A DNA stretch of 64,000 bases. It comes from Eledone cirrhosa (taxonomy: Eukaryota). The stretch is from contig OZ024742.1 in NCBI GenBank assembly GCA_964016885.1, forward strand, positions 356,996,001-357,060,000, in the 5' to 3' direction. A program made the translations under genes and the position numbers. Positions 52,300 through 63,591 of this stretch are shown one piece after another. The stretch's first letter is position 1, and every line of letters begins with the position of its first letter. The notes beneath the pieces were generated by a model that was not told where the DNA came from, did no database searches, and was given only the letters and a program-made list of their open reading frames with translations.

Positions 52300-52975
52300 T
52301 ACAATGTTCTGGTTGAGATGTGCACGAAATAGATTTGGGGAACTGAATGGAGTATTACTGAGGAGAAGAGTGCCACTGAAACATGTATACTACATGTGGG
52401 ATAAGCCATGGGTGACAAACATGTATATTGCATGTGGGAAAAGACATGGATGACACACATGTATACTGCATGTGGGAAAAAACATGGATGACACACATGT
52501 ATACTGCATGTGGGAAAAACATGGATGAGATACATGTATACTGCATGTGGGAAAACACATGGATGAGACACATGTATACTGCATGTGGGAAAAAACATGG
52601 ATGAGATACATGTATACTGCATGTGGGAAAACACATGGATGAGACACATGTATACTACATGTGGGAAAAGACATGGGTGAAAAATATGTATACTGCATGT
52701 GGGAAAAGACTTAGGTGACAAAGATATATCAGCAGAGGAGTCTAGAAAGAAGAGACTGGTTCAGTAGATGTGTGAAATATTGCTAAGAGGAAGAGAAATA
52801 ATGAATTGCAGAGAATAATGGGACTAGAGCCAATGATGAAGATTGTGAAGTGAAATGGATGGGAATGAGATGGCTGGGTCATGTGTTGAGGAAGGATGAA
52901 AGTGACTGTGTTTGAGATGAATGTGGAAATAAAAGTAAACAATAACAGTAAATTTTGTCTTTATATATACATATG

Positions 52976-53021
<46 letters not shown>

Positions 53022-53280
53022 TATATATCTATATACATGTATATCTATATACATATATATATCTATGTATACATATATATATATATACATATATATCTAT
53101 GTATACATATATATATATATATATACACACAGTAAGTGGAAAACCATGACTGACATATCTGGAGAGATGATTAAGGAGGAAATAAAAACCAAGTATTGCT
53201 AAGTGGGTGATACAGCTAATAGAATAAAATGGAGAAGCTTGTTATGTGACATGCCAAACTAACCCTTGCAAATTAGCCTT
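52300..53280 (+). mobile_element. old RTE-type LINE remnant interrupted by a minisatellite and a compound microsatellite
   Basis: Contains RCARNRFGELNGVL and [16 protein letters not shown], and an RTE-like end CTAACCCTTGCAA. Confidence 0.55.
52380..52720. repeat. 37-39-bp minisatellite, about 9 copies
   Basis: Unit ACATGTATACTGCATGTGGGAAAAACATGGATGAGAC. Confidence 0.92.
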
Positions 53281-53811
53281 AAAATAGTTACTTTTGTTTC
53301 TTTCAATGTCTTTAGAGATTTGTTCCAGTTTTCTGATGTTAACCATATACAATTGAATATGTATAGAGTGCTATATTTTGCAATAAGTATTTTCTTAAGA
53401 TCTAGTGAATTACTAAGTGATATGAAAGTGTTAGACTGATAGAATGTAATACTAAAACTATTTATTGAGATTTCAACTCAAGTCATAAGAAGTAGTAACA
53501 TATTTACTCAAACATTTCAGTGAAAATAAATCTTTCTATGTATATATTGAAGCTGATGTTAAGTATTTACTGTGTTTTTCAATGAATCCATACATGCTTT
53601 GAAGCACAAAAGTCTGACAAATGTCTGGTGGTTAAATTTCAAGCAGGATGAACCCATAACAAGTTACCAGAAATGTCTAAAAATTATGTTTGTCAATTCT
53701 ATTGGACAGATATATTTACTAGTGAACACATTGGTGTGAAAATGTGTAGTACTATCCCATAACATCCTAAATGTCGGATGATTTGAACTTAAAAAAATGA
53801 TAATGGGTTAA

Positions 53812-54031
53812 GCCATTATCATTTACATTACTCTATACATACTATTATATGTTCATGGTAAAGGCTTAATCTCACAATTATCTCACATGATATCAAATCT
53901 ATGAGATTTTGATATTATACATTTTGAGAACAATAAGTTAACATCAGTATGAGTGACTGGTTACAGCCACTTTGAACAAAATTAGGTGAAAGAATTCTGA
54001 CCAAATACGGGTGGTTTAAATGCTAAAAGGG
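53812..54031 (-). mobile_element. piggyBac-like MITE
   Basis: TTAA at 53808-53811 and 54032-54035. The right end is TAAATGCTAAAAGGG. Confidence 0.78.
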
Positions 54032-54099
54032 TTAAAATAAATAGTTTTGTTTCATAAAAGCAGACGCTGTTTTGGGTGGTTTGGAATCAAGTGAGTTAA

Positions 54100-54320
54100 C
54101 CCTTTAGCATTTAAACTGCACATATCCGGCCAGAATTCTCTCACCTCCTTCTGTTCAAACCGGCTGCAACTGGCCACTCTTACTGATGTTAAGGTATCGT
54201 TCTCAAAATAAATAATATCAAAATCTCATAGATTCAATATTATGTGAGATAATCATGTGAGGTAAAGCCTTTACCACAGAAATATAATAGTAAATATAGA
54301 GTAATGTAAATGATACAGAG
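54100..54320 (+). mobile_element. piggyBac-like MITE (221 bp)
   Basis: TTAA-CCCTTTAGCATTTA at the start and TAAATGATACAGAG-TTAA at the end. Partial copies lie at about 57980-58135 and 59238-59318. Confidence 0.8.
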
Positions 54321-54907
54321 TTAAATTACTATTCACTCATAGTCAGAAACCATAACACTTATCACTTGCATTGTAATTTAGAACTAACTTAATTAAACTA
54401 AAACTAACAAACTAACCAGCCTCTTTAAATTTAAGTATATCTATTCACAATCGTGGTGTAATAAAGAAAAGAATATTTGTTTGAAGTGAGATATTTTGAA
54501 CATCGCAGTGTAAAGTATATTGGAAGTTACTATGCCGATGTAATTGTGATATCTGTGATCAGTGAATCGACACCTGACAAAATACATTTCTAACTTGCTT
54601 TTTGAAATGAAAAACAAATTTAAAAAAGACTTTGCTTCTATAGAATTAGTGAAGAGGAAAGCAAGCGTACTGTACAGAAATGTCAAGAAATTCTTCCCAC
54701 TTGCCAAGATACAAAATGCATTTAAACCTGTTGAGCACTAACTTAAGTGATTTGGTTTTTAGTTTGTGTTTTAGAGTACCAGTAAACACTAGAAGTAAAA
54801 CATTAAACAATAACAGTAAACTTTATCTTTTATATATATATACATATATATATATATGTATATATATATCTATATACATGTATATCTATATGCATATATA
54901 TCTATGT

Positions 54908-54986
<79 letters not shown>

Positions 54987-55864
54987 CACACACACACATA
55001 TATATATATACATTCTTTTTTTTTGTTTTGCCTCTTTTGATCTTCCATTATTGTCCTAATTCCATCATTTCTCTTCAATTGTAGTTTGTTTGTTTCTGCT
55101 ACATCAACCCTATATATCAGCATATTCTGCCATATACTCTCTCACTTCCCTCATTCACTCATCTATTTCTCTATAACATTTTTCTTTTATATAAGATATA
55201 TTGACATATTTCTTTTGTATAACAGTAGCCTTATTTCAATGTATTATTTTATTCAGCTTGTTTCTGCATTTTTTCTGGCACTAACTCAACCTACCTCCCA
55301 AACCAAAACATTTTGATTAGTTCTGATTGCTTTCTCTTGTCACTCAATGATTGTTGCTATATTTATAAAAAGAAAATTCTGAGATCATTTTACATTCCAT
55401 ACGTGTAGCGAAGTGAGTGCTAACATTTTGATCTAGTGAGCTAAGAAAGTTTGATTAATTAAAATTACATCTACAATAAAGAGAGAACATCATTATCTTA
55501 ATTACTGATTCTGGTCAACAAAAGCAGGAGAGGCAACTCTAGAAGTTGTTTACCAATTGAAATTAATTAAATATAGAACACACAGGGAAGAATGATTGAC
55601 CTTTTGTAGTATTTTAACAATCCTAGACATGTTTTAGTCTTATTAGTCCTCATCGCTGAAGGATAATTATATTTCATTCCCAGATCTTAGCATGACAGCA
55701 GTGGATATATTGGAGTTTAGTCAATGTACACTGATTGGCAAAATACCTTAAGGAAAATACCTAGGGATTCATGCTGCAAGGAAAATAGATAGTAAAATGT
55801 GCCCTGACATATTTAATAAACTTAGCAGAATTAGTGTGATGTCTATTATTTATATAAGCAGAAA

Positions 55865-56205
55865 ATGTCTAACACACGTGGGCATGCTAACAAAGTCAGA
55901 AAACAGTACAGCTCCCATGACTTTCAGAAACATTTTTTCATGCTCAGAGTTGCTGAAGCATGGAACAAACTACCTGCATCAGTTATTAGCTGCTGGGGCA
56001 CTGCATCCTTTAAAACTTCCATGCTTCCTCAGATTTGCCAACACTACACCTGATGTCCCCCCTCCATACACACGCACACATGTATATCATGACTCATACA
56101 CTATTCTCTTCCCTGACATTTGTATATTATTCTATGTACTATACATCCCCCTTTGATGAGTTGTAGTGCATCTGAGCACTGTACACAATATTTTCATTAT
56201 TATTT
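55865..56205 (+). mobile_element. CR1-like LINE 3' fragment
   Basis: SNTRGHANKVRKQ and FFMLRVAEAWNKLP, with the same 3' UTR as 25031-25608. Confidence 0.85.
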
Positions 56206-56498
56206 TAAAATAGCAATTTTATAGGGTTATTTGCAAACATAATCCCATAATTCCTTTTGGAATTGTAGAGGTGACATATTGACATGCAGCATTTCTAGGG
56301 CATTTTTATTTTAAACCTGACAGAACCCATCTCCTCTCCAGGTCTAAATATAGCAGATTTCTTCCAGGAATGGAAGTGAGAATGAGATATAGTGGAAGAA
56401 TCGACCCACAGTACTTCCCTGATACATTTTTTTACAGAATTTTTGTAACATTCATACAATTAGTTCGATGATTTACATTGACCACAATATCAAATTGT

Positions 56499-56750
56499 GG
56501 AGGTGTGTATTTTAGTGGCAAGTGGCTTTGACCTAGGATCATAATGCCATGAGTTTGATTCCTAGACAGGGTTGTGTTGTGTTCTTGAGCAAAACACTTC
56601 ATTTCATGTTGCTCCAGTAAACTCAGCTGAAAATGAGTACCAGCAGTGGATGGGGGTTTAACTCTGTGCTGAACTGGCATCCTATCTAGGGTAAGTTTTG
56701 TCCTCTCAGTCACTTAATGCCTTGGAAACTGGGACAACCACCAACCCAAT
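56499..56750 (+). mobile_element. diverged tRNA-derived CORE-like SINE with a different 3' part
   Basis: Degenerate A and B boxes followed by GTGTTCTTGAGCAAAACACTT and CTCAGCTGAAAATGAGTACC. Confidence 0.65.
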
Positions 56751-57592
56751 TAACCTCCATGCTCTAGACAATATCAAATGAACGTCCATGCTCGATACAG
56801 ACTTCTAGACAATATCAAATGAACCTCCGGGCTTGAGACAAATTTCCAGACAATATCAAATTATTGCATTTTCTAATGAAGACTGTTTAATTGCTTACTA
56901 TTTGGCTAACATTTCAAATACTGCAATAGTTCTAATTTACAGAATCATCAATTTATTGGTCTCCAAAAGAAGAATAAAGCCCATATATACTATTAAATTC
57001 ATGTATCGGTATGCCCGAGCTAGACAGTAGGGTGAGCTCCTGCTGTCCTACAACATGGCTCCAATAGGTTGTGTTTATCACCTCTGCCAGTCAAACTCCC
57101 TCCCATGTGTTCCCATTATGGCACTGGCCCCACCAAATGTGTTGGGAGTGAAAGGATGAGCTCGGCACTATAATATATACAATGCTTGGATTGCACTATC
57201 CTAAATTACAGATACTTACAGCTGGGCACGACTTGTGAAAACAATTGCGGTTGAAGAAACTCCATTGAAATGAACTAACACCCTGAATTTATTTGATGGA
57301 GCCAGCTCAACCCACTCAGGGTGAACACTGCTACATGTACAAGCATGTAAATACAGAAAGTATGAAAATATTAACTCTGGTAATTCTGAACCAGGATTTT
57401 AATTAATCCTTTTGATACCAAACCAACTGATAACACTCTAAATTTATTATACAAAGCTGCTCAATTTAGAATAATTATCCTTATATTAAAATCTTTTATC
57501 ATAATATTGTATTAGAATTTTTTTCATAAGAAATGTTTGAAAAATGTAGTTAATGTTTGAGATTCATTTAAATGTTTAGATATTTCTAGAGC

Positions 57593-57910
57593 AACTGGAG
57601 CAATGTGAAATAAAGTGTCTTGCTCAAGGAAACAAAACATCTCAGACCGGGTGATGTGTTGTTTCCTTGAGCAAGACACTTTATTTCACATTTCCAGTTT
57701 ACTCAGCTGTAGAAATGAGATGATAGGGACTGGGGTCCATATCATTCCACTGCAAAGTGGTCGTGGAGGTGCCATGGCAAAAAAGCACCCAGCACTCACT
57801 GTGAACGAGGTTGGTGTTAGGAAGGGCATCCAGCTGTAGAAATCAAGCCAGAATCAGTTCCCGTCCCACCCTTACAAGCAGGGAAAAAGCAGACGTAAAA
57901 TGAAATGATG
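57593..57910 (+). mobile_element. CORE-like SINE with a 5' inverted segment
   Basis: The body matches the reverse complement of 36193-36500. Segment 57593-57641 is an inverted copy of 57653-57699. Confidence 0.85.
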
Positions 57911-58292
57911 AAATGTATTCTAACATTAAATGAAACACATGGGCAATGTAATTTATTAGAAATATGGTATTAAAGGGTTTAAAGATTTAGCATTTAAACC
58001 AGCCATATCTGGCCAGAATTCTCTCACCTCTTTACGTTAAAACCAGCCTTAATTGGCCACTCATACTGATGTTCAGTTATTGTTTGCAAAATAAATAACA
58101 TCAAAATCTCATAGATTCAATATTATGTGAGACAATTTTTTTTTATTGCGTATAAATAAATTTACAGTAGAATAACATAACAAATATGTTTTAAATATCT
58201 AAACTATAATAAAGGAAGGTCTGCAGGACTGCGTACGGTTTATTTTTTTTATCCCGTTAGTAAAATAAGTTGGATTACTTTGAATAAATAAT

Positions 58293-58473
58293 TGTTTCTA
58301 CTTTAGGCACAAGGCCAGCAATTACCCAGTACATTACTGGTACTTTATTTTATCGACCCCGTAAGGATGAAAGGCAAAGTCAACCTCGGCGGGATTTGAA
58401 CTCAGATCGTAAAGGGACGTAACTATGCTGGAAAGCATGGTGTCCGACCCTCTACCGATACTGCCAATCCACC
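58293..58473 (-). mobile_element. SINE family 2, full-length young copy
   Basis: Perfect 18-bp TSD TTACTTTGAATAAATAAT (58275-58292 and 58474-58491). Confidence 0.92.
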
Positions 58474-59011
58474 TTACTTTGAATAAATAATGAATGAATA
58501 TTACATAAATTATCTAAATTTCGTAAACAAAAATAATTTCGTAAAAATAAATAATTTAAAAAGGACTTCTTTTCAAAGTTACACTTCCGGTATATCGTTG
58601 CCACCACCACCACCACTTCAACTACCATATATATAGAAAGAGAGAGTGTGATGTCAACACTTCCGGTGGCCATCACTTAAATAAACATACTAATTTTCTC
58701 CTAATGCAGTTTATATATAATATCGTCTTTTTTTAATGTATCATGGATTACTGATTACATAAGACAGTGTAACAATATCTTCATTCAATTTCTGTTTATA
58801 TTGTCAATTACAATTTTATTTTATGTATCATATCTACATGTATATATACTTGTGTATAATATCAATATACACACTACACATGCTAGCAGAAAACCACCCA
58901 AAGGGTGGTTTTTCTGCTAGTATACATAAATAACATTACAAATGCTTAGATAACATTATAAATTGTTTGCAATTCTTTCAGAAAGATATATTATTTTAAT
59001 GTTGCAAGTGA

Positions 59012-59205
59012 TCTGTCAGCCAGCTACATTTTTCAGCCTGTAGCCTTCGAGACATTTGGGGGAGTCGGACTACTGACTGCGAGGTTGCTCTCTTCACTGG
59101 TGGCTCACCTAATAGAGGTAACTGGCGAATCTCGTGAGGGCGCTTAGTTGTTCCAATGCATTAGCCTCGCCATCACCCGAGACAATGCTGTGAGTGTGCT
59201 GTCTT
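59012..59205 (+). mobile_element. CRE-clade-like retrotransposon C-terminal fragment
   Basis: Translates to LSASYIFQPVAFETFGGVG and VTGESREGA*LFQCISLAITRDNAVSVL. Confidence 0.65.
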
Positions 59206-60510
59206 TTGCTCTGGTGTTGGCTCGGTTGTTCAGCCCTTTGAGATAATTATGTGAGGTAAAGCCCTTTACCATGAAAATACAATAGTAAATATAGAGTAAT
59301 GTAAATGGTAAATGGTTAAAATGCTACTCTGTATTAGTACACAATTTTCATCATGTTATAGGAATTTTAATTACATGCTGTAAATTTTGAATTTGACTCA
59401 CAAGAAGTTACAATGAGTTAGAACAGGAAACACTCTACTTCTCAAGAAGGTGAAACCAATGTAAGGAATAACAGAAGATTCAAGAGATTTTAGTGGAACC
59501 AATATTTAGTTGATGAAATTTGATTGGTACATTAAGAGTCCAATCAATTCTAACAATCATTGAAATCCATTTGTCAGTTATTAACACCAACAGTGATAGT
59601 TCTTTAACTGAAGCATTTACATGGATGGTGTAATGGAGTCTCTTCTTCATATCCATTGCTTACAATTATCAATAAATTCTACTCATTATGAAACCCACTG
59701 CTTTAATGTTTTTTAGTTAGTAATTCTTGTGTGGAATATAATTGGACTGTTATGCTATATTCCATACGAACAATATGCACTGACTTTGCAGAATAAGCAC
59801 TTCTCCTTGCTGAATACAATTATTTTCAGAAATTTTCAAATTATCAGAATGCGGTACTTGTCATTTTATTACATTACAATTTTCAGTTTCAAAACATTAG
59901 TAACAATTTTATCCAGAGAATTAAAGCTTAGGTAAAGTAGATAGCTGTTAAAAAGTTGGACATAATGGTTTGCTTTTTTTCTGAAGAATTTTTCATTGTA
60001 AAAGCATTAACTTTACATTATTTGCCAATCATCTCTATATATAATGATAGTATAGGACTTCACATGTCATACAACATATTGCTTGAAAATCATGATGATA
60101 TATATCAGTTACAATCTATATTATCACCAGACATATAGCTTAGCTGATATTTTCTTTCACTGCATGATACATAAAACTTTCTATATGTTGTCTACATATT
60201 ATTGTCTGCTAGCGCATTCTCATGATCTCTCTCCCTCTCACCCTCTCTCTTGTACACATAGGCACACACACACACATATATATATATATGCTTCTTTATT
60301 GATAGAATCCACGTGGCCCATGTAGAGTAGCTCATGCACAAACAAGATATACCTGATGTATTTTATGGACACAGGTTGTATTATTTTATTCCACCAGTAA
60401 TGCATTGCATTCGAATTTCAGCTTGAAACTTTAAGTAACATTTATTGACAAGATTTCATATTAGAAATATAATATAATAAAATACAATACATATATATAT
60501 ATCTATCTAT

Positions 60511-60784
60511 CTAGGGCGGGTAAAATTCCCGAGATCCATGGACGAGTTCTCTCCAGCGGTCTCTGTCCCTCATTATCGCTGCCATATCCTGCGTCTCCAA
60601 CAGACCAGTGTCTGTTTTTAGGGCATCAACATACGTTAACCTTGGTGTTCCTTTTCAAGTTTGTCCATGCAGGGGCTCCCACACATATATATATATAAAT
60701 AAAATCTGTAAAGCCACTCTGCATCTAGATATGCATTGAATACTCTCATGATTAGTGATCTCCCCAGACTCAGCACTGCAGACA

Positions 60785-60880
<96 letters not shown>

Positions 60881-60945
60881 GCATACTCCAGTCCCACAAA
60901 CTGTAGAGTGCTTCTTATCCGATATCTGCATTGCTTTATTGTACT
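60511..60945 (-). mobile_element. RTE/RTEX-type LINE 3' fragment split by microsatellites
   Basis: The minus strand gives WEPLHGQT.KGTPRLTYVDALKTDTG and MRDRDRWRELV, with a (TAGA)n-like tail. Confidence 0.6.
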
Positions 60946-61112
60946 ACAATAAAACTCACCTCCTACATATATATATATATAGTTGTGTATAATGGTAGCT
61001 AAGGTGCTTCCATAGGCGGTATGCCAAAATTAGCACTCGATATTCATCAGAGTAGAGTGTAGATATTATAAAGAAAACGAAAAATCAGTGATGCATCTGG
61101 ACTTAATTTATT

Positions 61113-61205
61113 GTGTGTTACAATTGTTTCTCCGGCAGGTAGCTCTAGACGTGGTCCTTGTATGGATCCGGCTCATTCTACTTCTGCAGGTTCATTCAGA
61201 CACGA
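61113..61205 (-). ncRNA. type I hammerhead-like motif, degenerate
   Basis: The minus strand reads GTGT-CTGAATGA-ACCTGCAG...CTGCCGGA-GAAAC-AATT-GTA-ACAC. Stems I, II and III can all form. Confidence 0.5.
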
Positions 61206-61870
61206 GTATTTCGTTAGGAGCACATTTTATCACTGGGGTGTTATCATAAAAAAAACACCCTAAAAAAACCCGGGTTTGTTTTATTTTATTATATATGTAT
61301 ATATATATATAATAATAAGTTGACAGTCCCATCATAGGTATCAATGCTATGACCGGTTGCATCTCAGCGTATTCAGATAGGTAATGTTATATACACTCCC
61401 AGGGTGCACACATAGTTATTCACTTCAGTACGACACACGTAAAAGGGTACCTACAGCAGTTCCTGAACTCGAGTTTCTGCCACACTTAATGCATCAGTAG
61501 GGTGCACTGCACCTTCTGTCCGCATATATTATGCAACAATCCATAATCGGCGCATGTGGCTTCATCAGCGGGTTTCGCCCAATCAATAATCAATCGATCG
61601 ACAGAATTCGACTCCAGTCCATGCCGGCTATGACTGCTCTGTGACGGGCAATATAGTAAAGTTGTAAGCAACTGGGACTTCATGACAATGCTGTCTCCTG
61701 ATTGGCTACCGATTTATAAATTTACGTGATGGCAGGGATTTAGAAATCAAATAGTCTGCTCCCATCATAAGCTCTCAGCCAACGTATCTCAAACACAAAT
61801 TAATAAGTTAGTGAAAAATTGGTTATTAGTAAAGGCAGTCTCACATCGCTGTATAATAGAATGGTAGCAT

Positions 61871-61916
<46 letters not shown>

Positions 61917-61921
61917 CGTGC

Positions 61922-62008
<87 letters not shown>

Positions 62009-62069
62009 GCAATATCTGTAGGTGTGAAAAGAACAAAGGAACACAGTGCTCAATCAGGAAGAGGGCAGA

Positions 62070-62330
62070 AATATATTATTTATTTATGTTCATATACAGG
62101 GAATAAAGGATTTACTCAAGGTTTCAAGGCCAAAATTGGACCATACCTTCATTATACAAAGGGCATTAAATCTGTAACTTTTCTTTAGGCATTTAGACGC
62201 GTTTCTATGAGTTTGTGAAGAAGGGTCACAAATTTGATGCCTCTTGCATTCTGGAGGTATGGTCAAATTTGGGCCGTGATACCTTGGGTAGCACTTTTGT
62301 TTCATGTATGAACATAAACAAAAAATATTA
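62070..62330. ncRNA. inverted pair of degenerate hammerhead-containing terminal-repeat fragments
   Basis: 62070-62192 (minus) and 62211-62330 (plus) are homologous to each other and to 39256-39370. Confidence 0.55.
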
Positions 62331-62387
62331 TATATATATATATATATATACATGTATATATATATATGTATATATATGTATATATAT

Positions 62388-63223
62388 ATATATCATAAAT
62401 CATGTCCTTAGAATTATTAGATAAAATATATACCAATTCCTCTTCCAATTAGCATAATTAACCATATAAAAAATCAATTAGACCAAGCTATAAGAAGAAA
62501 GGCTCTTATGAAGAAATCTCCGACAAATAACCGAAAGTGGCCTCTTCGTGGTGGCCCCAATAGAGTATTTATCCAACATTTCGACAGCATGTAGAAACTG
62601 ACTAAATATATCATCAACCATACACAATTAGGTGTAAAATTAAACTTAGAAGAAATGTGTACATACTGTAATTATATCTCTACCATGGTTTCATCCGTAT
62701 TTTTAGACATCCAATTAATAGGAATGTCTTGAGTTAGGATTCATCAGGAGACAAACTCAAAATCAGACATCTAGTTTTCCAACCTCATCGCGCCAAAATT
62801 AGATTAAAAAATGGATAAGAATCGCTATGTGGCTGTGGTCAAGCTAGAAAGAATTGGATGTCTAAAAATACGGATGAAATCATGGTAGAGGTATAATTAC
62901 GGTATGTACACATTTCTTCTAAGTTTAATTTTACACCTAATTGTGTATGGTTGATGATATATTTAGTCAGTTTCTACATGCTGTCGAAATGTTGGATAAA
63001 TACTCTATTGGGGCCACCGCGAAGAGGCCACTTTCGGTTATTTGTCGGAGATTTCTTCATAAGAGCCTTTCTTATAGCTTGGTCTAATTGATTAATTATG
63101 CTAATTGGAAGAGGAATTGGTATATATTTTATCTAATAATTCTAAGGACATGATTTATGATATATTGCTCTGATTATTTAATTTATTAATTCTTCATAGA
63201 GCTTAAAAGTGACCGCTTGCAAC

Positions 63224-63225
<2 letters not shown>
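62388..63225. mobile_element. fold-back element with inverted arms of about 320 bp, a 135-bp spacer and a one-sided tail of about 60 bp
   Basis: 62388-62716 is the near-perfect reverse complement of 62852-63165. The tail spans 63166-63225. The element is embedded in TA runs. Confidence 0.85.
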
Positions 63226-63285
<60 letters not shown>

Positions 63286-63524
63286 CAAGAAAGATAAACA
63301 AACTTGCCTCAACACTTAATTTTAAATCTTTAAATTTTAATTCTTTTTAATTGTAATACTCAACATTTGATGAGGTGGATTTCACTGATACATCAAAACC
63401 GGTTATATTTTTTATATAATTCATATAGGGATAATTCTTTTAAAAAAGAGTTTTATAATGTATCATTTTTTCAATAATGACACTTAAATATATTTAATAT
63501 ATTTTCTGTGCTATTTCCAACTTC

Positions 63525-63583
<59 letters not shown>

Positions 63584-63591
<8 letters not shown>

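Noticed and set aside
54441-54707. 88-aa ORF as a host exon
   Set aside because: It has no recognisable domain, AT-rich composition and no convincing splice signals, so it cannot be supported without transcript data.
61555-61582. Hammerhead on the minus strand (GGGCGAAACCCGCTGATGAAGCC)
   Set aside because: Both boxes are present, but only 3 nt separate GAAAC from CTGATGA, leaving no room for stems III and I or a cleavage triplet.
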